Below are positions 25,993 through 33,186 of a stretch of 52,257 nt of DNA, one piece after another. The stretch is from contig JBMFWP010000002.1 of assembly GCA_049965155.1 (NCBI GenBank), positions 1 to 52,257 of the forward strand, written 5' to 3'. The stretch comes from Candidatus Micrarchaeia archaeon (GTDB lineage: Archaea > Micrarchaeota > Micrarchaeia > Micrarchaeales > Micrarchaeaceae). Below the pieces are notes generated by a model. The model was given only the letters and a program-made list of their open reading frames with translations, was not told the DNA's origin and made no database searches. Made by a program: the position numbers and the translations under genes. Each line of letters begins with the position of its first letter. The first letter of the stretch is position 1.

Positions 25993-27099
25993 ATGAAGCG
26001 CTTGAATGGCAAAGCATATTATCTATTTGCAAATGCAGCTGCGGTTATAGTGGCTTTAATAGCAATATCATCAGGCTATGCATACGCTTCCGGCATAGGT
26101 GCATCGCAGATACAGATTAATCCGAGCACAGCAAGCGTGCATGCTGGCAGTTCAACATCAGTAGGATACACAGTCAGGCTTACAAGCGGCACCACGTGGG
26201 GCACTACAATAAGCGCTGCAGACGCCTCCCAGCTATCATCCGATGGCATAAGCATATCATTCAGCAATTCTTATGCCGATCCTACTTATTCTGGCACGAT
26301 GACGATAACCACGTCAAGCTCGACAAAGGCTGGTACGTACAACGTGACCCTTGAAGCTACTGGTGACGACCCATCTACCAGCACCACCACACTTTCATTG
26401 GTAGTATTGGCTCCGTCAAGCAGCCCTTCAACGACTACCACAACAGTGCCGGCAGTCGGCGTGCCAGCATTCAACCTGATAAACAAGTCTACAAGGCAGA
26501 TAAATGCATCAGTAGGCGGCAACGTTTCTATAGGCAGTCTTCTGTCTGCAAGGATCAGGCCGGGCACATACGTGCTGATAAACGGAAGCAGGGTATCATC
26601 ATACAACTTTTCATTGGTGCTGTTCTCCAGCTCCAATGTAACAAGCCCGCCTAATGAAAGCAGCTACGTGCCTGGCGGTGCGTATGCATTTGAAGTCAAC
26701 AACCAGATAACTCCGAGCATAGAGTTCGTAAACTCATCGGGCAAGCCATATGCTGTGATAAGCACCGTTGCTGCGAATTACAGCACAACAACATGGACAT
26801 TCCTTGGAGGCGCATTCAACGGCACAGCGTATAAGGGCGGCAAGTATGCATTCGCTGATGTATGGAACCACGTGAATTCCACGACCATGGTCAACACGCA
26901 GTTCGTCAAGCCTGTGATGTGGGTATTTGAGACCAATACTTCAGTACCTGCATCACCTACTAAGCCAATAACAACCACTACCACACCAAGCGCCCCAACA
27001 ACTCCAGCACAGCCATCCAACACTCTTTACTATGTGGCAATTGCCATAGTCATAATAATAATAGCTATGATTGCGGCGCTGCTATTAAGGAAGAAATGA
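25993..27099 (+). CDS. Secreted, C-terminally anchored cell-surface (glyco)protein
   Basis: Signal-like N-terminus MKRLNGKAYYLFANAAAVIVALIAISSGYAYA. This is followed by an Ig/CARDB-like module (..GTYNVTLEATG..), Ser/Thr/Pro linkers, at least 10 N-x-S/T sequons, and a terminal TM helix plus RKK. The track ORF starts at 25969. Confidence 0.6.
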   Translation: MKRLNGKAYYLFANAAAVIVALIAISSGYAYASGIGASQIQINPSTASVHAGSSTSVGYTVRLTSGTTWGTTISAADASQLSSDGISISFSNSYADPTYSGTMTITTSSSTKAGTYNVTLEATGDDPSTSTTTLSLVVLAPSSSPSTTTTTVPAVGVPAFNLINKSTRQINASVGGNVSIGSLLSARIRPGTYVLINGSRVSSYNFSLVLFSSSNVTSPPNESSYVPGGAYAFEVNNQITPSIEFVNSSGKPYAVISTVAANYSTTTWTFLGGAFNGTAYKGGKYAFADVWNHVNSTTMVNTQFVKPVMWVFETNTSVPASPTKPITTTTTPSAPTTPAQPSNTLYYVAIAIVIIIIAMIAALLLRKK

Positions 27100-27106
27100 T
27101 TGCGGT

Positions 27107-27550
27107 GTGCAGATGAGCCTTCCAAAGCCTTTGTATCTATCAGTGGCAATAGAGTTCATAGCGGGCTTATACCTGCTTCTATTCGACAAGCTGCTGTTCG
27201 GCTTGGGGCTGCTCCATTGGTTCGGGTTGCTCCTCTTCCTGCTTCTGAACATAATACTGCTGTTCGGCAGCATGGGCAAGCTAAGGGGCACCGAACGGAC
27301 ATACATGAAGGCAATGTCTAGCATAAACATTCTCGGCTTCGTATTGTTTATCCTAGATGCCGCACTGGGCCTGCCGTTCACTAAATTCAATCCGGGCATA
27401 AGCCTTAATTCTAGCCTTGGGTGGTCATACTTATTCGGATTCGGCACCAATGCGGTGTCATCGTTTGGCACCTCTCTGGGGTTCACCGTGCTGCTTCTGA
27501 CAGCGCTCATATCCGGCATTTCGCTTGCATACATTTTGCGAAAGAGCTAA
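27107..27550 (+). CDS. Small integral membrane protein (about 4 TM), unknown function
   Basis: 147 aa, strongly hydrophobic segments. It starts 7 nt after the surface-protein stop, so it is probably co-transcribed. Confidence 0.5.
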   Translation: MQMSLPKPLYLSVAIEFIAGLYLLLFDKLLFGLGLLHWFGLLLFLLLNIILLFGSMGKLRGTERTYMKAMSSINILGFVLFILDAALGLPFTKFNPGISLNSSLGWSYLFGFGTNAVSSFGTSLGFTVLLLTALISGISLAYILRKS

Positions 27551-27620
27551 ATTCCGCAACTAAGCAAAACATATTAAATTATTCGCTCTTAATACTACTA
27601 CCTATAGCTTATGCTTATCA

Positions 27621-28136
27621 GTGATGCACATGGGTGCTTATAAAAACATAAAAGAGACTCTGGTAAATGAGTACAAGGCGAGGGATGACCTCTACAAAAA
27701 GAAGATTGCCGAATGGTCTGGCGACCAGACAGTCACTAGGATTGAAAAGCCTTCTAACATACCGAGGGCCAGGGAGCTCGGCTACAAGGCGAAGGAAGGC
27801 ATACTTGTAGCAAGAGTCAAGGTTGTCAAGGGAAAGCGCAAGAGGCCCGAGGCCGACGGAGGCAGGAAGCCTTCAAAGTCGGGTAGGTTCTATGCTAGGA
27901 CAAAATCCCTGCAATCCATAGCTGAAGAGAGGGCGGCAAGGAAGTTCCCTAACTGCGAAGTGATTAACTCTTACTCCATCGGGCAATCGGGCACACACTC
28001 TTTCTATGAGGTTATACTCGCAGATAAGCAGAACCCCACGCTCAGGAAAGACAAGGACTACCGCAATCTGGTGAACAAGCGCGGAAGGGCCTTCAGGGGC
28101 ATGACGAGCTCCGGGAGGAAGCATGCGCAAAAGTGA
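27621..28136 (+). CDS. rpl15e: 50S ribosomal protein L15e
   Basis: 171 aa. MGAYKNIKETL...ARELGYKAKEGILVARVKVVKG..RKRP...IAEERAARKFPNCEVINSY.. is the L15e consensus. The likely start is MGAYK at 27630. Confidence 0.9.
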   Translation: MMHMGAYKNIKETLVNEYKARDDLYKKKIAEWSGDQTVTRIEKPSNIPRARELGYKAKEGILVARVKVVKGKRKRPEADGGRKPSKSGRFYARTKSLQSIAEERAARKFPNCEVINSYSIGQSGTHSFYEVILADKQNPTLRKDKDYRNLVNKRGRAFRGMTSSGRKHAQK

Positions 28137-28422
28137 TGCGATGCCCACGGGTGCGTATTCATCAACATTGCACATCTCAAAACTGCCTGGCTTGGATTAT
28201 TCTAAGATAATAGATATAAAAAGCAGGTACAAGCGCAGCCGCATATCCATCAAAGAGGGCAAATCCGCAATCGAGTTCGTAATAAATGCAGAAGATCCGG
28301 TGGCTCTCAGGGCATCGTTGAACGCAGTGATGCGCAGTATGGAGGTAATAGAGAATGCCTACAAGGCGAAATTGCCTGCACGATCAAAATCTGGCCTGAA
28401 AGTACGAGAAGAAGCACAGTAA
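28123..28422 (+). CDS. pcc1: KEOPS complex subunit Pcc1-like protein
   Basis: ..SRISIKEGKSAIEFVINAEDPVALRASLNAVMRSMEVIENAY.. matches the Pcc1/CTAG pattern (I.A.D..ALRa.lNs.lR.i.v). The alternative start MPTGAY at 28141 avoids the overlap with L15e. Confidence 0.55.
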   Translation: MRKSDAMPTGAYSSTLHISKLPGLDYSKIIDIKSRYKRSRISIKEGKSAIEFVINAEDPVALRASLNAVMRSMEVIENAYKAKLPARSKSGLKVREEAQ

Positions 28423-28446
28423 AATATTCCGCAATTCGAGAAAAGT

Positions 28447-28460
28447 AAAAATATATAAAT
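28447..28460 (+). promoter_or_regulatory. Candidate TATA box for the L3 operon
   Basis: aaaaatatataaat lies about 115 nt upstream of the L3 ATG. It is the only strong TATA-like element in the 152-nt gap. Confidence 0.3.
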
Positions 28461-28574
28461 GTGCTGGTGTAAAAGATATATGACTGCTGATATATTCCTT
28501 ATTTCAGTCAGGCTTGGCAGGTCTGCTGCTGCCATGTGAAAGTTTGCTTAAGTACGAATTAGAAGTGTTTATCT

Positions 28575-29534
28575 ATGACTAGAGGATCGCTGCAATATTG
28601 GCCGAGGAGACGTGCTACGGGGCGCCTGCCAAGGATAAGGTCCCGGCCTAGGCATGGCACGCATCTTGGCGACATAATAGCTTACAAGGCAGGCATGACT
28701 AGCGTATCCATGATCGACGATTCTGAATCGACCACAAAGCAGCAGGAGATAAGCAGGGCGTGCACAATATTGGATGTGCCTTCCATGGAAATGTATGGCA
28801 TGCGCTTCTATGCAAAAGATGATATAACTGGCTACAAGAAAGTTGTAGCGGAGCTGTACAACAAGGAAATAGCACAGAAGCTTAAGATAAAGTCGTTAAA
28901 GAACGACGAAAGCAAGCTTGATTCGTTCAAGCAGCGGCTTTCTGAGTTCTCTGATGTTACTGCACTAATAGTTGCATACCCGAAGACGCTCAACGTTGAG
29001 CAGAACCATCCCGAGAGGTTCGAGACAAGCGTCAATGCGAAGAGCATCGACGAGAAGTTCTCATTCATAAGCTCCCACCTGGGCAAGGAGATAAGGGCAG
29101 GAGAGATATTCAAGCCAGGGGAGTACATAGATCTAGTATCGATATCAACGGGCAAGGGATGGCAAGGTACCATAAAGCGCTTCGGCACAGCGAGGCTGGA
29201 CCACAAGGCGACACAGAAGGTAAGGCACATAGGGGTGATGGGATCCATGGGTATCGGAAGAGTGCTATACACAGTGCCGCATGCAGGTCAGATGGGATTC
29301 AACTACAGGACAGAGAGGAACAAGCGCATACTTAAGATTTTCGACAAGGAAGAGGCTGCGAGCCTCAACAGGGTTGGAGGCTTCAACAACTACGGGACCA
29401 TAAGGGGCACTGCGATACTGCTCGACGGATCGGTTCCCGGGCCGGCTAAGAGGCTAGTGAGGATAAAGGAGAGCAACGGCAACATCAACTTGAAGGGCAT
29501 AAAGGAGCCTAAAATAGTTGAAATAAACAGGTAA
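28575..29534 (+). CDS. rpl3: 50S ribosomal protein L3
   Basis: 319 aa. MTRGSLQYWPRRRA.. (consensus PRRGSLaf.PRKRA) and ..GKGWQGTIKRFG.. Confidence 0.95.
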   Translation: MTRGSLQYWPRRRATGRLPRIRSRPRHGTHLGDIIAYKAGMTSVSMIDDSESTTKQQEISRACTILDVPSMEMYGMRFYAKDDITGYKKVVAELYNKEIAQKLKIKSLKNDESKLDSFKQRLSEFSDVTALIVAYPKTLNVEQNHPERFETSVNAKSIDEKFSFISSHLGKEIRAGEIFKPGEYIDLVSISTGKGWQGTIKRFGTARLDHKATQKVRHIGVMGSMGIGRVLYTVPHAGQMGFNYRTERNKRILKIFDKEEAASLNRVGGFNNYGTIRGTAILLDGSVPGPAKRLVRIKESNGNINLKGIKEPKIVEINR

Positions 29535-30355
29535 TGATAATGGCGTCTGTTAATATATACAGTGTGGACGGCAAAGAAGCGGGCAAGATGGAATTGCCCA
29601 AGGTCTTCGAGAAGACCGTCCGCGAGGAGCTCATAAGGAGGGCAGTAGTAGCGGAGCAGAGCATGAGGCTGCAGCCGCAGGGGCACTACCTATTGGCAGG
29701 AATGCAGACAACAGCGAAGTACTACGGCAGATATGATGCATCATGGAGGACAGGAAGGCACATGGGTATCGCGATAAGGCCAAGGGAAAAGCTTGGAGGC
29801 GGAAGGCAGGGCCAGGTCAAACGCATACCTTCGGCAGTGAAAGGAAAGAGGGCCCACCCACACAAGATAGAGAAGCGCCTCGCCGAATCTATGAACAATC
29901 GGGAGTACCAAGCTGCATTGGCAAGCTCGATATCAGCTAGCGCGAAGCACATGCTTAAAGGCGTAACTGCTCCAATAGTGATGGATAACGCGATTGAATC
30001 GCTCAAGAGCACAAAAGATATAATAAAGATGTTCAATGGCATGCAGATGCAGAACCTTTTGGAAGAGGGCAGGAAGAAATATGTGAAGAAAGGTCTGCGC
30101 AGGAGCACAAGGAGAGTGCATTACAAGAACACCGCGGCTTTGATAGTCAACTCAGATAAGGGAGTAGTAAAAGCGGCGAGGAACATACCTGGTATAAGCG
30201 TGTGCACTGTCGACAAGCTAACCGTAAACATGCTAGCTCCCGGAGGCAACCCAGGCAGGATATCAATATGGAGCGCCGACGCAGCAAAGAGCGTAGAGAG
30301 CAAGATAAACGGTCTTACGCTCAAGAGCCAAGCCAAATACTATATGTCAGATTAG
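29534..30355 (+). CDS. rpl4: 50S ribosomal protein L4 (L1e)
   Basis: 273 aa. Position after L3. ..SWRTGRHMGIAIRPREKLGGGRQGQVKRIPSAVKGKRAHPHK.. is the archaeal L4 pattern. TAATG overlap with L3. Confidence 0.9.
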   Translation: MIMASVNIYSVDGKEAGKMELPKVFEKTVREELIRRAVVAEQSMRLQPQGHYLLAGMQTTAKYYGRYDASWRTGRHMGIAIRPREKLGGGRQGQVKRIPSAVKGKRAHPHKIEKRLAESMNNREYQAALASSISASAKHMLKGVTAPIVMDNAIESLKSTKDIIKMFNGMQMQNLLEEGRKKYVKKGLRRSTRRVHYKNTAALIVNSDKGVVKAARNIPGISVCTVDKLTVNMLAPGGNPGRISIWSADAAKSVESKINGLTLKSQAKYYMSD

Positions 30356-30616
30356 GTGTTCATAATGTCAGTTTTAAGATACCCGCTCGCAACGGAAAAA
30401 GTCGTAGGCCTAATAGACCGGCAGAATACGATAACATATATAGTCAACCACAGTGCCACCAAGAGCGAGATAAAAAGCGACTTCGAGAAGAGGTTCAACG
30501 TCAAAGTAAGCAGGGTAAACACTGTAGAGATGCCGAAGAACTTCAAGAAGGCATTTATAAAGCTAGCTCCAAATTATAAGGCAGGAGACGTAGCTGTGAA
30601 ATTGAAATTGGTGTAA
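30356..30616 (+). CDS. rpl23: 50S ribosomal protein L23
   Basis: 86 aa. ..LRYPLATEKVVGLIDRQNTITYIVNHSATKSEIKSDFEKRFNVKVSRVNT.. The track start is GTG. ATG 30365 (MSVLRYP) is preceded by AGGTG. Confidence 0.9.
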   Translation: MFIMSVLRYPLATEKVVGLIDRQNTITYIVNHSATKSEIKSDFEKRFNVKVSRVNTVEMPKNFKKAFIKLAPNYKAGDVAVKLKLV

Positions 30617-30620
30617 TCGC

Positions 30621-31337
30621 ATGGGCAAAAAGCTTAGGCAGCAGAGGAGGGGCAAAGGCTCCAACGTGTACACAAAATTGCCTAACACGTTCGACGTCAC
30701 TGTCAAGTTCGCGCATGACATAGAGGCCAAGAAGACTGGAGAGGTGATTGCGCTATTTAACAGTACAGGCCATACTGTGCCGATAATGGAGGTGCAGTAC
30801 GAAGACTTTTCGCGGGGCATGCTCGTAGCTCCGGAGGGCATAGCCATAGGGGACAAGATTTCGATGGGATACAAGTACGGATTCTCATTGGGCAGCGTGA
30901 TGAAGCTTTCTGACATACCAGAAGGAATACCAATATACAACATAGAATCCAAGCCTGGAGATGGAGGCAAGCTAGTCAGAGTGGCAGGGGCTGCGGCATA
31001 CATAAAAGCCCACATAGGCAATACCGCCACTGTCACTATGCCATCAAAGGCTAGCGTAGTGCTGCCCGACGAATGCAGGGCGCAGCTGGGCGTCATTGCG
31101 GCAGGAGGTGTGCTCGACCAGCCGCTCGTAAAGGCGGGCAAGAGCCATTATATTTACCACGCAATCAACAGGACATGGCCGAGGAACAGGGGAGTCAAGA
31201 TGAACCCTGTGGACCATCCATTTGGAGGCAAGCAGCACCACAAAGGAAAGAGCAGCATGACCTCAAGGAACGCACCTCCAGGAAGGAAGGTGGGGCACAT
31301 AGCTGCTAGGCGCGTAGGAAGAAAGAAGAAGGGATAA
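30621..31337 (+). CDS. rpl2: 50S ribosomal protein L2
   Basis: 238 aa. ..GGKLVRVAGAAAYI.. and ..GVKMNPVDHPFGGKQHHKGKSS.. Confidence 0.95.
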   Translation: MGKKLRQQRRGKGSNVYTKLPNTFDVTVKFAHDIEAKKTGEVIALFNSTGHTVPIMEVQYEDFSRGMLVAPEGIAIGDKISMGYKYGFSLGSVMKLSDIPEGIPIYNIESKPGDGGKLVRVAGAAAYIKAHIGNTATVTMPSKASVVLPDECRAQLGVIAAGGVLDQPLVKAGKSHYIYHAINRTWPRNRGVKMNPVDHPFGGKQHHKGKSSMTSRNAPPGRKVGHIAARRVGRKKKG

Positions 31338-31338
31338 A

Positions 31339-31731
31339 ATGGTAGAAAGAATCGCTTATAAAGGCTTGATGGGCGACCAGGTAAAGGCCCTGTCCAACGA
31401 CGAGTTCAACAGGATGATAAAAGCGAGGACAAGGCGCGCCCTTAAGAGGAACTCGTTGAACTACCGCATGCTCAACGAGAAGATAGAGGAGTACAGGAAA
31501 AAGGGCATAGACAAGCCAATAAAGACGCATGTCCGTGAGGCAGTCATAGTGCCGCAGTGGATAGGTCTCAAGTTCAAGATACACATGGGTAAGGAGTTCC
31601 AGGAGATCGCTATAGCGCCGAACATGGTAGGCAGAAGGCTTGGTGAATTCGTCTATACGAGCAAGCGCGTGCAGCACTCAGCTCCAGGAATAAGGGCTAC
31701 ACGCGGAAGTAAATTCCTATCGGTGAAGTAA
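31339..31731 (+). CDS. rps19: 30S ribosomal protein S19
   Basis: 130 aa. ..IKTHVREAVIVPQWIGLKFKIHMGKEFQEI...VGRRLGEFVYTSKRVQHSAPG.. Confidence 0.95.
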   Translation: MVERIAYKGLMGDQVKALSNDEFNRMIKARTRRALKRNSLNYRMLNEKIEEYRKKGIDKPIKTHVREAVIVPQWIGLKFKIHMGKEFQEIAIAPNMVGRRLGEFVYTSKRVQHSAPGIRATRGSKFLSVK

Positions 31732-32442
31732 TTGGAGTATTCATTCAACAGGGACAGGTCCGAAATCGTATTCGCACACATGAAGGACATAAATGCGAGC
31801 TACAAGGACTTGTGCAACGTATGCGATTCGGTGAGGTACAAGAGCGTGCCGGAAGCGATAGCTATACTCGATTCCGTCAAGGAGGGCACGCCTCTCCTTT
31901 TCAGGAGGCACAACAAGGGCATGGGCTCGAGGCATGAGCTCGGAGGCAAGAAAGGCAGGTATCCGATAAAGTGCGCTTCGATAGTAAAGAAAGCGATAGT
32001 TAACGCATCGGCGAACGCATCGAACAAGGGCCTGGATCCGGAGAACATGTTCGTCGTGCATGCAACGGCCAACAAGACAACGATAAACCGCAGGTATCCG
32101 TCGAAAGGCATACTCTACCACAGGTCAGGGGGCTATGGGTATTCATCAGCAAGGCGCAGCGACCTTGAGTTCGCTAAGCTCGAAGTCGGGATAGCTACTG
32201 GTACTGAAAAAGGGCTCAGTCAGAAGATGCAAAAGGCGATGGAGCGCAGCAGGAAGTACCTCGAGAAGATGGAGAAGCAGAAGCCGAAGGCAAAGGCTGC
32301 GAGAGCTGCACCGAAGGACAAAGCGCTCACTCCGCCCACAGGGCCCGCAAAGACTGTGAAGAAGCCCGTACATCCGGAAATGCAGAAGAGGCCAGAGCCT
32401 GTAAAGACAGATACGAACGCACAGGAGGATAAAAAAGTTTAA
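31732..32442 (+). CDS. rpl22: 50S ribosomal protein L22 with a ~80-aa Lys/Pro/Ala-rich C-terminal extension
   Basis: TTG start. The core ..AHMKDINASYKDLCNVCDSVRYKSVPEAIAILDSV...RYPIKCASIVKKAIVNASANA.. is L22/L17e-like. The tail is ..KQKPKAKAARAAPKDKALTPPTGPAKTVKKPVHPEMQKRPEPVK.. Confidence 0.85.
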   Translation: MEYSFNRDRSEIVFAHMKDINASYKDLCNVCDSVRYKSVPEAIAILDSVKEGTPLLFRRHNKGMGSRHELGGKKGRYPIKCASIVKKAIVNASANASNKGLDPENMFVVHATANKTTINRRYPSKGILYHRSGGYGYSSARRSDLEFAKLEVGIATGTEKGLSQKMQKAMERSRKYLEKMEKQKPKAKAARAAPKDKALTPPTGPAKTVKKPVHPEMQKRPEPVKTDTNAQEDKKV

Positions 32443-33077
32443 TGAGGCATTGCATGGCTATAGAGAATAAATTTTTGAGCGATTCTATAATAAAGCACAG
32501 TATATCCAAGTTCATGGAGCAGTCGCTCACCAAGGCGGGCTTCTCAAGGGTGGAGGTGCAGAAGACTCCAGTGATAACTAGGATAACTGTATACGTTCTC
32601 AATCCCGGAAGGGTCATAGGCAGGGGCGGCAAGACCATAGACGCGCTTACTGACCAAGTCAAGGAGATGTTCAAGATGCAGAACCCGCAGATAAGCATAG
32701 TAGAGGTTGAGAACCGCATGCTTGAGCCGCTTCTCGTGGCTAAGGACATAGCGCAGAAGCTCGAGCGCGGCCTAAACTTCAGGAGGATACAGCAGAGCTA
32801 CCTCAAGAGCATAATAGCCAACGGTGCGCTGGGGGTAGAGATAATAATCGGTGGGAAGCTCGTCGCCAAGAACGCAAGGGCGAAATCCATAAGGAAGAGC
32901 GTTGGGTACATACCTAAGGCTGGAGACGTGACCAACCTGGTTAGGGTGGCTTATGCAACAGCCTACCCGAAATACGGCGCTATTGGCATAAAGGTTAGGA
33001 TAGTGCCGCCAGGCACTAAATTCCCAGACAGGGAGATAAAGGCGGTAGAGGTCCCGAGATCCATACTCAACGGGTGA
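32442..33077 (+). CDS. rps3: 30S ribosomal protein S3
   Basis: 211 aa. KH domain ..VEVQKTPVITRITVYVLNPGRVIGRGGKTIDALT.. It occupies the usual position after L22. Confidence 0.9.
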   Translation: MRHCMAIENKFLSDSIIKHSISKFMEQSLTKAGFSRVEVQKTPVITRITVYVLNPGRVIGRGGKTIDALTDQVKEMFKMQNPQISIVEVENRMLEPLLVAKDIAQKLERGLNFRRIQQSYLKSIIANGALGVEIIIGGKLVAKNARAKSIRKSVGYIPKAGDVTNLVRVAYATAYPKYGAIGIKVRIVPPGTKFPDREIKAVEVPRSILNG

Positions 33078-33186
33078 ATGGGCTGATGCAAAATCGCAAT
33101 AAACGGTTTGCAGCGGAATCTCTTTATTCATTGCCTAAAAAGTTTGTCTTAATATACAAGCTCCACTACGACGCGTTATAAAATGT

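Noticed and set aside
33078-33120. Interrupted hairpin GCTG-atg-CAAA ... TTTG-CAGC after the rps3 stop, considered as a terminator or regulatory element.
   Set aside because: It is short and bulged, is not followed by a T-tract, and cannot be distinguished from chance by eye.
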